64,000 nucleotides of DNA, taken from an uncultured Chloroflexia bacterium (GTDB lineage Bacteria; Chloroflexota; Limnocylindria; Limnocylindrales; CSP1-4). Under the pieces are notes generated by a model. The model was not told where the DNA came from. It was given only the letters and a program-made list of their open reading frames with translations, and ran no database searches. The position numbers were made by a program, and so were the translations under genes. Position 1 is the stretch's first letter. Each line of letters begins with the position of its first letter. The DNA is taken from positions 96,001 through 160,000 of the forward strand of contig CAVVJT010000004.1 in NCBI GenBank assembly GCA_963748625.1. The letters run 5' to 3'. Below, in pieces: positions 11,053 through 20,522 of the stretch.

Positions 11053-11736
11053 ATGACCGTCGCCGCCGTCATCCTGGCCGCCACCCCGCAGTCGGCCCTC
11101 GCCGACGCCGATGGCACGCCCGCCGTCCGCCGGATCGCCGACGCCGCCTGGGCCGGGGGAGCCACGCCGGTGGTGGTGTGCTCGTTCGATCCCGACGGTT
11201 CGGTGGCCGCGGCCCTCGCCAACACCGAGGTCACCCTGGTGGAGCCTGCTCCCGGGGAGGCCGGTCCGGTCGGCCAGATCGTCAACGGCGTCGAGGCGTC
11301 CATGCGCCTGGTGGGCGGCACGGATGCGGCCATCGTGTGGCCTGTGCGCATGGCCTGGGTGGACGCGGAGACCGTGACCTCGCTGATCGCTGCCCACGGC
11401 GAGCGGGCCGGCAATCTGGTCCGCCCTGCCTACGACGGCCGCACAGGCTTCCCGGTCCTGCTGCCCGTCGTGCATCTCGAGGCCTTCCGGGCGCTCGGGG
11501 TGGACCGCATGCCGGGCGAGCTGTTCGAGGAGCTGGTGGCCGCAGGGGTCCCGATCCGGGCCGTGGACACGGGCGATCCGGGGGTCACCCTCGATGTGAC
11601 GACGCCACGGATCGAACTCCCTCCGTATGACGGACCCCCGGAGCCCGCCGACGACCGCGACCGCGAATGGGGCTCCGCACTCGCCGACATCGCCGACGAC
11701 GCCCCCGTTCCCGGCCCGGATCGCCTGGAGCCCTAG
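11053..11736 (+). CDS. MobA/MocA-like NTP transferase domain protein (degenerate)
   Basis: MTVAAVILAA start, PAYDGRTGFPVLLP, DPGVTLDVTTP; AGGAGG RBS upstream. Confidence 0.75.
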   Translation: MTVAAVILAATPQSALADADGTPAVRRIADAAWAGGATPVVVCSFDPDGSVAAALANTEVTLVEPAPGEAGPVGQIVNGVEASMRLVGGTDAAIVWPVRMAWVDAETVTSLIAAHGERAGNLVRPAYDGRTGFPVLLPVVHLEAFRALGVDRMPGELFEELVAAGVPIRAVDTGDPGVTLDVTTPRIELPPYDGPPEPADDRDREWGSALADIADDAPVPGPDRLEP

Positions 11737-11831
11737 GACCCATCCGGCCGGGTACCCTCCGCGAATACGTCACGGCCGCGGTGAGCGGCCACGCCTCACG
11801 CTTGTGAACCGTCACCGGAGTACCCCAGCCA

Positions 11832-12584
11832 GTGCACCGCTCCCGTCGCCGAACCATCGGCGTCTCGATCCTCGTCATCGCCCTCGTCGTCCTCGTCGTC
11901 GGCGTGGCCGGGTTCCTCTGGTACACCCAGCCCCAGCCCCTGCTGCCGGAGGCAGCCGCGTCCCAGGCGTCGACCGACACCGTCACCTACACCGCCGTCG
12001 ACGGTCGCCTCGAGTGGACCCCTGCCGGCGAGACGCCGACGACCGGCCTCGTCGTGTACCCGGGCGCCAAAGTCCCGGCCGCGGGCTATGGGCCGCTCGC
12101 CCAGGACATCGCGGAGGACGGGTACCTCGTGGTGATCATGGAGATGCCGTTCAACTTCGCGATCTTCGGGATCGGCGCGGCGGACCAGGCGATCGCCGCC
12201 CACCCGGAGATCACCTCGTGGGCGATCGGCGGACACTCGCTCGGCGGCGCGATGGCGGCCCAGTACACCGCCGACCACGTCCCGCCCATCGAGGGGCTGG
12301 CCTTGTGGGCGTCGTACCCGGCGACGGACCTCTCGGCCAAGCCGATCTCGGCGGTGTCGATCTACGGCTCGCTCGACGCCGGCAGCGCGAAGATGGCGGC
12401 CGACGAGACGCGGGCGCTGCTTCCCCCGGACACGGTCTTCGTCGAGATCCCCGGCGGCAACCACGAGCAGATGGGCTGGTACACGGGCCAGCCCAACGAT
12501 CCGCCTGCCACGATCGCCCGGGAGGAGCAGCAGCGCATCGTCGCCGAGGCGACGGCCGACATGCTGGAGACGATCTCCCAGTAG
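11832..12584 (+). CDS. Membrane-anchored alpha/beta hydrolase
   Basis: N-terminal TM helix, YPGAKV, GGHSLGG nucleophile elbow, GSLD, GGNHEQMGWY. Confidence 0.9.
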   Translation: MHRSRRRTIGVSILVIALVVLVVGVAGFLWYTQPQPLLPEAAASQASTDTVTYTAVDGRLEWTPAGETPTTGLVVYPGAKVPAAGYGPLAQDIAEDGYLVVIMEMPFNFAIFGIGAADQAIAAHPEITSWAIGGHSLGGAMAAQYTADHVPPIEGLALWASYPATDLSAKPISAVSIYGSLDAGSAKMAADETRALLPPDTVFVEIPGGNHEQMGWYTGQPNDPPATIAREEQQRIVAEATADMLETISQ

Positions 12585-12599
12585 CCGCCTCGCCCGGCG

Positions 12600-14468
12600 C
12601 TACTTCTTGTCGGGCAGGCCCACGAACGAGAGGCCCAACTCCGCGTACTGCCCGGCATCCGGCGCGGACGGCGCCTCGAGCATCAGGTCCGACCCCGACT
12701 GGGTCTTGGGGAAGGCCATGACCTCGCGGATGTTCGTCTGGTAGCTGAGCAGCGCGGCCCAGCGGTCCACGCCCAGGGCGATGCCACCGTGGGGCGGTGC
12801 CCCGTATTCGAACGCTTCCAGCATCGCGCCGAACCGCTCACGCATCTGCTCGGGCGTGTAGCCCTGCAGGTTGAAGCTGCGGGCGAGCAGCTTCGGGTCC
12901 CAGATCCGCACCGACCCGCCGCCCAGCTCCCAGCCATTGAGCGCGACGTCGTACTGCATCGCCTTGGCGTGGCCGCAGGGGTCCTCCGGCGACCGGTCGT
13001 CGAGGTTCCCGGACGCCGTCGTGAGCATGACCTCGTCCTCGGGCACGACGCCGCTGAACGGGTTGTGGGTGGCGTCCCAGCGCCGGCCCTCCTCGTCCCA
13101 CTGGTACATCGGGAAGTGGTGCACCCAGCAGTAGGCGAGCTCGTCGGGATCCGCGAGCCCCAGCCGGTTGCCCAGCTCCACCCGCAGGCGCCCCAGCACG
13201 TCGTTGGTGACGTCGTGCGTGTCGGCGACGACCAGGATCAGGTCACCCTCGGCAGCGCCCGCCTGCTGGCGAAGGGCGACCTGCATCTCAGGCGAGAGGA
13301 ACTTGGCGATGGGCCCGTGGAGCTCGCCGACCTCGGTGACCGCCAGGTGGACGAGGCCACGTGCGCCGAACCGCTTCGCCGTCTCGGTGAGCTCGTCGAT
13401 CTCGCGCCGCGTGGTGTGCGCCTGGCCGGCGACCGTGATGCCCTTGACGCGCCCACCCGAGGCAAGCGTCTCGTCGAACACGCGGAATCCGCTGGCGGGC
13501 GTCCCGTCCGGGGCGATCAGCACCGGCCCCAGGTCGAACAGCTCCATCGCGTAGCGGATGTCCGGCTTGTCCGAGCCGAACCGCTCCATCGCGTCCTCGT
13601 ACTCGAAGACCGGGAACGGGATCTGCCGGATCGGGCGGTCGGGCGCCGTGGCCCGGCTGACCTCGATCACCATGTGCTCGATGAAGGCCATGACCGTGGC
13701 CTCGTCCACGAAGCTCATCTCCAGGTCCAGCTGGGTGAACTCCGGCTGGCGGTCGCCGCGCATGTCCTCGTCCCGGAAGCAGCGGGCGATCTGGAAGTAG
13801 CGGTCGATGCCCCCCACCATCAGGAGCTGCTTCATCTGCTGCGGGCTCTGCGGCAGCGCGTAGACCGTGCCCGGCTGGAGGCGCGACGGCACGATGAAGT
13901 CCCGGGCACCCTCGGGGGTCGACTTGATCAGGTTCGGCGTCTCGACCTCGACGAAACCGGCTGCGAAGTGCGTCTCGCGGATCGCCTGGACGAGCTTGGA
14001 ACGCAGGACGAGGCGCCTGGCCATCGCCTCGCGGCGGATGTCGAGATAGCGGTACTTCAACCGCAGGCTCTCGTCGATGGTCGCGTCCGGGTCGTTCACG
14101 TAGAACGGCGGCGTCTTGGCCTCGTTGAGGATCGTGACCTTGGTCGCCTGCAGCTCGATCGAGCCCGTCGCGAGCTTCGCGTTCTCCTGGCCGGGCTGGC
14201 GCAGCGCGACGGTTCCCTCGACCGAGATGACGAACTCGGGACGGACCCGCTCTGCGATGTCGTGCGCCTCGGGGGCGTCGGCGGCATCGATCACCACCTG
14301 GGTGATCCCGTGGCGGTCGCGCAGATCGATGAACACCAGCTTGCCGTAGTCGCGCCGTCGGTGGACCCAGCCCGCCAGCATGGCGTTCTGCCCGGCGTCG
14401 TCCGCGCGGAGGTCCCCGTTGGTGTGGGTGCGGTACGGCGTTGCGAGGCTGAACGGTTCGGCGGGCAC
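12600..14468 (-). CDS. aspS: Aspartate--tRNA ligase
   Basis: YRTH, GWVHRRRD, LRLKYRYLD, STPEGARDF, ALPQSPQ, RCFRDED, GAPPHGGIALGVDR; GTG start after GGAG. Confidence 0.97.
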   Translation of the reverse strand: MPAEPFSLATPYRTHTNGDLRADDAGQNAMLAGWVHRRRDYGKLVFIDLRDRHGITQVVIDAADAPEAHDIAERVRPEFVISVEGTVALRQPGQENAKLATGSIELQATKVTILNEAKTPPFYVNDPDATIDESLRLKYRYLDIRREAMARRLVLRSKLVQAIRETHFAAGFVEVETPNLIKSTPEGARDFIVPSRLQPGTVYALPQSPQQMKQLLMVGGIDRYFQIARCFRDEDMRGDRQPEFTQLDLEMSFVDEATVMAFIEHMVIEVSRATAPDRPIRQIPFPVFEYEDAMERFGSDKPDIRYAMELFDLGPVLIAPDGTPASGFRVFDETLASGGRVKGITVAGQAHTTRREIDELTETAKRFGARGLVHLAVTEVGELHGPIAKFLSPEMQVALRQQAGAAEGDLILVVADTHDVTNDVLGRLRVELGNRLGLADPDELAYCWVHHFPMYQWDEEGRRWDATHNPFSGVVPEDEVMLTTASGNLDDRSPEDPCGHAKAMQYDVALNGWELGGGSVRIWDPKLLARSFNLQGYTPEQMRERFGAMLEAFEYGAPPHGGIALGVDRWAALLSYQTNIREVMAFPKTQSGSDLMLEAPSAPDAGQYAELGLSFVGLPDKK

Positions 14469-14564
14469 GTTGGGGGGCTCTCCGGCTGCGGCGTGGCGGG
14501 TCCCCATCGTACGGCACGGGCCCGTCCGGCCGCCGGAATCAGCGACCCGCCACACGTCGCCGGG

Positions 14565-14855
14565 CTATGCGCTCGCGGCAGCCTCGCCATCGACGACGGG
14601 GCAGAGCCCGTCGTCCACGTCGATCGCGACCAGCCGGAAGGCCATGGGCTCCGCGACCTCGCGGATCGCCAGCTCAGCCGCGTCCGCGAGCGTCCCCCGG
14701 GCGTGCTCCTCGAAGTGGAACGCCAAGGCCTCCCGCGACACGCCGCAGGCCTCCCCGGCCTCGATCTCCACCAGGCGCACCCGGACAGCGCCCGCCTCCT
14801 CCGCCCTCGCCAGCACGGCCTCGAGGATTCGGTCGGCGACGCCGGCCTCGTGCAT
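14565..14855 (-). CDS. hypA: Hydrogenase nickel chaperone HypA-like protein lacking the Zn-finger domain
   Basis: MHE Ni-binding N-terminus, EALAFHF...RGTLA core, last gene of the hydrogenase operon; no CxxC pairs. Confidence 0.8.
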   Translation of the reverse strand: MHEAGVADRILEAVLARAEEAGAVRVRLVEIEAGEACGVSREALAFHFEEHARGTLADAAELAIREVAEPMAFRLVAIDVDDGLCPVVDGEAAASA

Positions 14856-15358
14856 CACGCCCTCCCGGCAACCAGCCGCTCAACGAGCCGGACCGCCCCC
14901 GGCACCGCCGCATCGACGGCCGGCGTCAGCAGCTCGCCGAACGTGTCCACGCGAGCCGCCTCCACCGAGACCACATCGACCCTCGCCGGCAGGACGGCGC
15001 CAAGCCGGCGGCCCGCCTCGAGGGCGACCCCTAGCGGAACGTCGTGCGCGGAGTCGAGGTGGCTCGTCTCCCGTCCCGGCACCTCGTCCAGCGTCCGGAC
15101 ACGGAGGGTGCCCGGGGGATCACCCGACCCGTGGAACGCATCGACCAGGATCGCCCGGTCGTAGCCGACGAGCCGCTCCATCAGCGACAGCCCGCCGACG
15201 GCGACGCAGTCCACCTCTACGGGTATGGCGCCGGCAGGCGTGACGTCCAGCCGCTCGCCGACGGCCACCGCCACCCGCCAGCCGACGCCGTCGTCGCCCA
15301 GGATCGGGTTCCCGATCCCGAGGACCAGCACCCGCTCAGCAGTGCTGGCGCCGGACAT
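14855..15358 (-). CDS. Hydrogenase maturation endopeptidase
   Basis: VLGIGNPILGDDGVG, ILVDA, SAHD. Confidence 0.95.
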   Translation of the reverse strand: MSGASTAERVLVLGIGNPILGDDGVGWRVAVAVGERLDVTPAGAIPVEVDCVAVGGLSLMERLVGYDRAILVDAFHGSGDPPGTLRVRTLDEVPGRETSHLDSAHDVPLGVALEAGRRLGAVLPARVDVVSVEAARVDTFGELLTPAVDAAVPGAVRLVERLVAGRA

Positions 15359-16826
15359 CGATCACGTCTCCCGCCGCGTCCCGGATGACGACTTCGAGCG
15401 GCATCTGCCCCGGCAGCGAGTGGGTCGCGCAGCCGAAGCACGGGTCGTAGGCGCGGAATGCCATCTCGATCCTGTTGAGCAGCCCCTCCCCTACCACCTC
15501 GCCCCCGTGGATCAGGGCGCGTGCGGCCCGGTCGACCGACATCGCGATCGGGGCGTGGTTGTTGGTGGTGCCCACAACGAGGTTGACCTTGGTGAGCAGG
15601 CCGCGCTCGTCGGTCCAGTAGTGGTGCGTCAGGGTCCCGCGCGGAGCCTCGACCGTGCCGACACCCTCGGTGGGCACCCGGGTAGGCAGCACGCGCACAT
15701 TGGGGCTGGTGATGTCGGGGTCGGTCACGAGCTCGACCATCCGCTCGGCGGCGAACAGCAGCTCGATGAGGCGCGCCCAGTGGGTGGCCATGCGCCCGTG
15801 GACCTGCGGCCTGCCGCCGGCGGGCGCCGGCCCGGGGGCGAGGGTCGCGAAGTACCGGTCGCGCGCCTCCTGGGCGAGCGGCGTGGCCATCCCGTCGGCG
15901 ACGTTGAGGCGTGCGAGCGGCGTCGCCGAGTAGACCCCCGAGGCCGGTCCGTCGGTGAACCCCGCCCATCCAACCTTGCGCAGGTACGGGAACTTGAGGT
16001 AGGTCCAGGGCTCGACGCGCTCGGCGATCCAGTCCCTGTACTCGGCCGGCTCGTACTCGCCGTGGAGGCTCCCGTCGGGCGCCGTGACACGGACCCGGCC
16101 GTCGTAGAAGGTCACCTTGCCCGCGGCGTCCACGAGGCCCATCGAATAGGTCTCATGGCGGTAGGTGGGACCGGTGATCATGTCCACGTACGCAGGGTTG
16201 CCAAGGATGAGGCTGTCGAACAGCCCGAGGCTGAACCGCCCGAACTCCACCATGAGCCGCGCGGTCTCCTCGATCTCGCGCCGCTCCTCCTCGGTGATCC
16301 CCTTCGTCATCCCGCCCGGGACGCTGGTGCAGGGGTGGATCGCGCGGCCGCCGATGATCTCCACGACGCGATGACAGCGGCGGCGTGCCTCGATCACCCG
16401 ACCCCCGGCGTCGCCGCCGACCCGCGCGAGGACCCCGAGCAGGGATCGCTCGGCGACCGGGGCGTCCGGACCCACCACGAAGTCGGGGCCCGACAGCGCG
16501 TAGAAGTGGGTCGTGTGGTCGGCAACGTAGAAGGCGGAATACAGGAGCTCGCGCAGCAGCCGTGCCGGGCGAGGCGGGACGACGCCGTACACGGCGTCCG
16601 CGGCTTTCGCGGCCGCCATGTGGTGCGCCTCCGGACAGACGCCGCAGATCCGGTTGACCAGCGTCGGCATGTCCTCCACCGGGCGCCCGAGGCAGAACTG
16701 CTCGAAGCCGCGGAGCTCCGGCACCTGGAACCAGGTCCGCTCCACCTCGCCCCGGTCGTCGAGCTGGATCTCGATCTTGCCGTGGCCCTCCAGGCGGGTG
16801 ATCGGATCGATCGTGAGGCGCGTCAT
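15336..16826 (-). CDS. mvhA: [NiFe]-hydrogenase large subunit, group 3c (MvhA)
   Basis: IDPITRLEGHG, L1 RICGVCPEAHH, VEAPRGTLTHHY, L2 RAYDPCFGCATH plus a cleavable tail. Confidence 0.95.
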   Translation of the reverse strand: MTRLTIDPITRLEGHGKIEIQLDDRGEVERTWFQVPELRGFEQFCLGRPVEDMPTLVNRICGVCPEAHHMAAAKAADAVYGVVPPRPARLLRELLYSAFYVADHTTHFYALSGPDFVVGPDAPVAERSLLGVLARVGGDAGGRVIEARRRCHRVVEIIGGRAIHPCTSVPGGMTKGITEEERREIEETARLMVEFGRFSLGLFDSLILGNPAYVDMITGPTYRHETYSMGLVDAAGKVTFYDGRVRVTAPDGSLHGEYEPAEYRDWIAERVEPWTYLKFPYLRKVGWAGFTDGPASGVYSATPLARLNVADGMATPLAQEARDRYFATLAPGPAPAGGRPQVHGRMATHWARLIELLFAAERMVELVTDPDITSPNVRVLPTRVPTEGVGTVEAPRGTLTHHYWTDERGLLTKVNLVVGTTNNHAPIAMSVDRAARALIHGGEVVGEGLLNRIEMAFRAYDPCFGCATHSLPGQMPLEVVIRDAAGDVIDVRRQHC

Positions 16827-17914
16827 GAGCGGCTCCTCGTCGCGCCGGCCAGGGCAGCCTCCGGGATCTCCGGAGCCTCCGGATGCACCGCACCCGATCC
16901 GGCGGCAGGCGGCGCCTCGCGTCCGGCGCGCGACGTCGCGGCCCGACTGCCCCGCAGCAGCGAGGAGGCGAGGCTGAAGCGGTAGAGCTGTCCGACCGGG
17001 TCCGGAATGCCGTCGAGCACGGCGTCGATGGCCTCGGGCGTGTCCGCATCGATCACGGACGCCCAGGCCGACATCAGGCGGGCGCCGTAGTCGGTCACGC
17101 CGTCCGCGGGCCCGTAGCAGCCGATGCACTGGGCTCCGGCGGCGGGACACAGCGCGCCGCACCCGTCACGCGTTGCCGGGCCGTTGCAGGGGATCCCCTG
17201 CTCCAGCAGGCATACCGCTGGATCGAGCCTGGCGATCTCGGTGATGCGCACGAAGCGGCCGATCTTCTTGACATCGCGCGTCCGGGCGCACTCGTCGCAC
17301 ACGGTGGTCGAGCCGGCCCCGAGCACGGACCCTGCCGGCGGCAGTGGCCCGCGACCCTCGAGCGCGGCCACGACGGCATCGATGACCTCCGCGATCCGCG
17401 CGGACTCCGGCGGGCAGCCGGGCACCGAGTAGTCCACCGGCACCACCTGGTGGAGCGTCCGGAGCAGGGGCAGGAATTGCGGCAGGCGCAGCTCGCCATC
17501 CGGGGCCTGCCACGACGGCTGGGGTCGGACGTCGTCCGGGTTGTGCGTGCTCGTCCCGTGGGCGTACGAGGCGGCGAAGATCGCCGCCGGCGTCGACAGG
17601 TTGGCGAGGCCGGGGATGCAGCCCTCGTTGGCGCACGACCCGAAGGCGACCAGGATCCTCGACTTGCGCCGGAGCAGGTGGGCGAGCTCCTCGTTCTCGC
17701 TGCTCCGGATGCCACCCGAGAACAGCGTGACATCGATCCATCCGTCCGGCATCGCCTCGACGTCGCGGTACTTCGCGTCCATCACCGCGGGCCAGAACAC
17801 GATGTCGAACGCCGCCGCCACGTCGGCGATCCGCTCGTGCAGGTTGAGGACGGCGATGTCACAGCCGCCACACGCGGCAGCCCAGTACATCGCCAGGCGC
17901 GGCTTCTCGCTCAC
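16823..17914 (-). CDS. mvhG: [NiFe]-hydrogenase small subunit (MvhG)
   Basis: YWAAACGGC, FGSCA, VPGCPP, VCDEC, CLLEQGIPCNGPATRDGCGALCP, CIGCYG; GTGA overlap with mvhD. Confidence 0.93.
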   Translation of the reverse strand: MSEKPRLAMYWAAACGGCDIAVLNLHERIADVAAAFDIVFWPAVMDAKYRDVEAMPDGWIDVTLFSGGIRSSENEELAHLLRRKSRILVAFGSCANEGCIPGLANLSTPAAIFAASYAHGTSTHNPDDVRPQPSWQAPDGELRLPQFLPLLRTLHQVVPVDYSVPGCPPESARIAEVIDAVVAALEGRGPLPPAGSVLGAGSTTVCDECARTRDVKKIGRFVRITEIARLDPAVCLLEQGIPCNGPATRDGCGALCPAAGAQCIGCYGPADGVTDYGARLMSAWASVIDADTPEAIDAVLDGIPDPVGQLYRFSLASSLLRGSRAATSRAGREAPPAAGSGAVHPEAPEIPEAALAGATRSRS

Positions 17915-18477
17915 GGCTGCACCCCCACCGGCTCGGGCGAGGCGTCCAGGACGCCGGGCACGGCCCCGTCCCGGACCTCCGCGACCATCCTTGCGACGAC
18001 CGCCCCGGCTCCGACCGGCGATGTGCTGCCGTCCCTGCCCCACGCGAGCGGTCCGAGCGCGCGCACCTCTTCGGTGACGCGCGTGATCTCCCGGGCCAGG
18101 CGCAGGCCCTCGGCCGCGCTCGCCCAGACCAGCTGGAGACGAGCCGGCTCGATGCCCAGGTCGGTGACAACGCGGCGCAGCACCTGGAAGCGGCGAAGTG
18201 CTTTCAGGTTCTGGACCTGGTAGTGACACTCGCCCGGCCAGCAGCCGCTGATCATGACGCCGTCCGCGCCCAGCGCGAACGCCTTGAGCACGAAGGTCGG
18301 ATCGAGGCGTCCCGAGCACATCAGCCGGACGAGGCGGATGTTCGGCGGGTATTTGATCCGGGCCGTGCCCGCCAGGTCCGCCGCCCGGTAGCTGCACCAG
18401 TTGCAGGTGAATCCGAGGATCACGGGCTCGAAGGTGGCTTGACCCGGCGTGGGGGCCGGGTCGGTCGTCGCGATCAT
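17911..18477 (-). CDS. mvhD: Hydrogenase [2Fe-2S] subunit MvhD
   Basis: CNWCSYRAADLAG, MCSGR, GADGV..GCWPGECHY, WASAAEG. Confidence 0.95.
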   Translation of the reverse strand: MIATTDPAPTPGQATFEPVILGFTCNWCSYRAADLAGTARIKYPPNIRLVRLMCSGRLDPTFVLKAFALGADGVMISGCWPGECHYQVQNLKALRRFQVLRRVVTDLGIEPARLQLVWASAAEGLRLAREITRVTEEVRALGPLAWGRDGSTSPVGAGAVVARMVAEVRDGAVPGVLDASPEPVGVQP

Positions 18478-20522
18478 GCGGGCACCGCCTCCGCCGTCGA
18501 TGGCGATCTTGTCGACAGGCCCGCCGCCGAGAGCGACAGGAGCCCCTCGATCTGGGCGAGGACCTGGGCATCCGAGAACCCCGTCCCACTCATGGCGCCG
18601 GCCGGGCATGCGGCGATGCACGTGCCGCAGCCCTGGCACAGCGCGGCATTCACTTCGCTGGTCATGCTGTCGTCATGGAACACGATGGCGTTGTAGGGGC
18701 ACAGGTCGTTGCAGATCCGGCACCCGGAGCAGCGCGCCTCGTCCACGCTGGCCCGGACGGGCTCCAGCGAGAGCACACCCTGGTGGATGCGGCCGAGGAT
18801 GCGCGCCGCCGCCGCGGAGCCGTTGGCCACGCTTGCCGGGATGTCGCGCGGACCCAGGGCGCAGCCCGCCGCGAAGACGCCCTCGGTCATGGTCGCGACC
18901 GGATCGAGCTTGGGGTGACGCTCGATGATCCAGCCGTCCGAGCTGCACGAGACCCCGAACCGCTGCGCCACCTCGCGTGCGTCGGACGGAGCTTCGAGGC
19001 CCGCGGACAGGACCACCATGTCGACCGGGATCCGGCGCTGCACGCCGGCGAGCGTGTCCTCGACCTGGATGACGAGTCGGCCCTGGTGCTCGGCCTCGTC
19101 GGGGAGGCGCAACGTGTCGGTGACGGCGGCCACCCGGCCGCGAACGAAGATGGTCCCCTCCTCGAGGACCCGCTGGTAGAACTCGTCGAAGGCCTTGCCC
19201 GGTGCGCGGATGTCGATGTAGAACTCGTACACCGTCGCGTCCGTGTGCTCCTTCACCAGGTGCGCGAACTTGAGGCTCTGCATGCAGCAGATCGCCGAGC
19301 AATAGCTGTTGAAGTTCCGATCCCGGCTGCCGACGCAGTGGATGATCCCCACCGCCTTCGGCTCGGTGACGCCGTCACGCATCACGATGCGGCCGCCGGT
19401 GGGCCCCGCGGCATTGGACAGTCGCTCGAACTCCAGGCTCGTGAACACGTTGGGCAGCACGCCGTACCCGTACGGCTCCACCCGGCGCGCGTCGAACAGC
19501 TCGTAGCCGGTCGCGATGACGATGTTGCCGACCTCGACCTCGACCTCGTCGTCCTGCTGGAGGAAGTCGATGGCCCCCGTCGGGCACACCTTCTGGCATG
19601 CCCCGCAGGTGCCCTTCTCGAAGTACACGCAGTTGGCGGAATCCAGGACCGGGATCTTGGGCACCGCCTGTGGGAACGGCGTGTAGATGCCCTTCCGCCA
19701 CCCGATCCCGGCCTCGAACTGCTCATCGACGACGTGGGAGATGCACTTCTCCTGGCAGAGCCCGCAGCCGGTGCACAGGTCGGCCCGCACGTGGCGTGCG
19801 CGGTGCCGGATGCGCACGGTGAATGCGCCGACATAGCCGGAGACATCCGTCACCTCGCTCCACGTGTGGAGGGTGATGTTCGGGTGGGAGCCCACCTCGT
19901 TCATCCTCGGCGTCAGGATGCAGGCGGCGCAGTCGAGCGTTGGGAAGGTCTTGTCGAATGAGGCCATGTGACCGCCGATCGACGGCTGGCGTTCCACGAG
20001 GTGGACCGGGTAGCCCGCGTCCGCGAGCTCGAGAGCCGCCGTGATGCCGGCGATCCCGCCGCCGACCACGAGTGTGGCCTCGTTGACCGGGACCCGGATC
20101 GGCTCCAGGGGCGCATGCTCCTCGATCCGGTAGACGCCGCCTGCGACCACGGCCTTGGCCTTCGCAGTCGCGGCCGCCCGGTCCGTGTGCACCCATGAGA
20201 CCTGCTCGCGCAGCGACACGAGCTCGCACAGGTACGGGTTGAGACCGGCCCGCTCGCAGGCCGTGCGGAAGGTCCGCTCATGCATGTGCGGCGAGCAGGC
20301 CCCCACGACGACACGGGTGAGCCCAAGCTCCGCGATGTCCTTCTCGATCAGCTCCTGGCCGGAGCTCGAGCACATGAACCGGTCGTCACGCGCGACGACC
20401 ACACCGCGGCCGGCGAGCTGCGTCGCGGCCCAGTCGCGCACCTCCTCCACGTCCACGGTGCCCGCGATGTTCGTGCCGCAGTGGCACAGGTAGACGCCGA
20501 TCCGCTGGGTCTCTCCGCTCAT
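18474..20522 (-). CDS. hdrA: Heterodisulfide reductase subunit A (bifurcating flavoprotein)
   Basis: CHCGTNIAG, ACSP, GGGIAG FAD motif, DKTFPTLDCAAC, inserted and C-terminal 2[4Fe-4S] domains, CVGSRD..YCSAICC. Confidence 0.96.
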   Translation of the reverse strand: MSGETQRIGVYLCHCGTNIAGTVDVEEVRDWAATQLAGRGVVVARDDRFMCSSSGQELIEKDIAELGLTRVVVGACSPHMHERTFRTACERAGLNPYLCELVSLREQVSWVHTDRAAATAKAKAVVAGGVYRIEEHAPLEPIRVPVNEATLVVGGGIAGITAALELADAGYPVHLVERQPSIGGHMASFDKTFPTLDCAACILTPRMNEVGSHPNITLHTWSEVTDVSGYVGAFTVRIRHRARHVRADLCTGCGLCQEKCISHVVDEQFEAGIGWRKGIYTPFPQAVPKIPVLDSANCVYFEKGTCGACQKVCPTGAIDFLQQDDEVEVEVGNIVIATGYELFDARRVEPYGYGVLPNVFTSLEFERLSNAAGPTGGRIVMRDGVTEPKAVGIIHCVGSRDRNFNSYCSAICCMQSLKFAHLVKEHTDATVYEFYIDIRAPGKAFDEFYQRVLEEGTIFVRGRVAAVTDTLRLPDEAEHQGRLVIQVEDTLAGVQRRIPVDMVVLSAGLEAPSDAREVAQRFGVSCSSDGWIIERHPKLDPVATMTEGVFAAGCALGPRDIPASVANGSAAAARILGRIHQGVLSLEPVRASVDEARCSGCRICNDLCPYNAIVFHDDSMTSEVNAALCQGCGTCIAACPAGAMSGTGFSDAQVLAQIEGLLSLSAAGLSTRSPSTAEAVPA

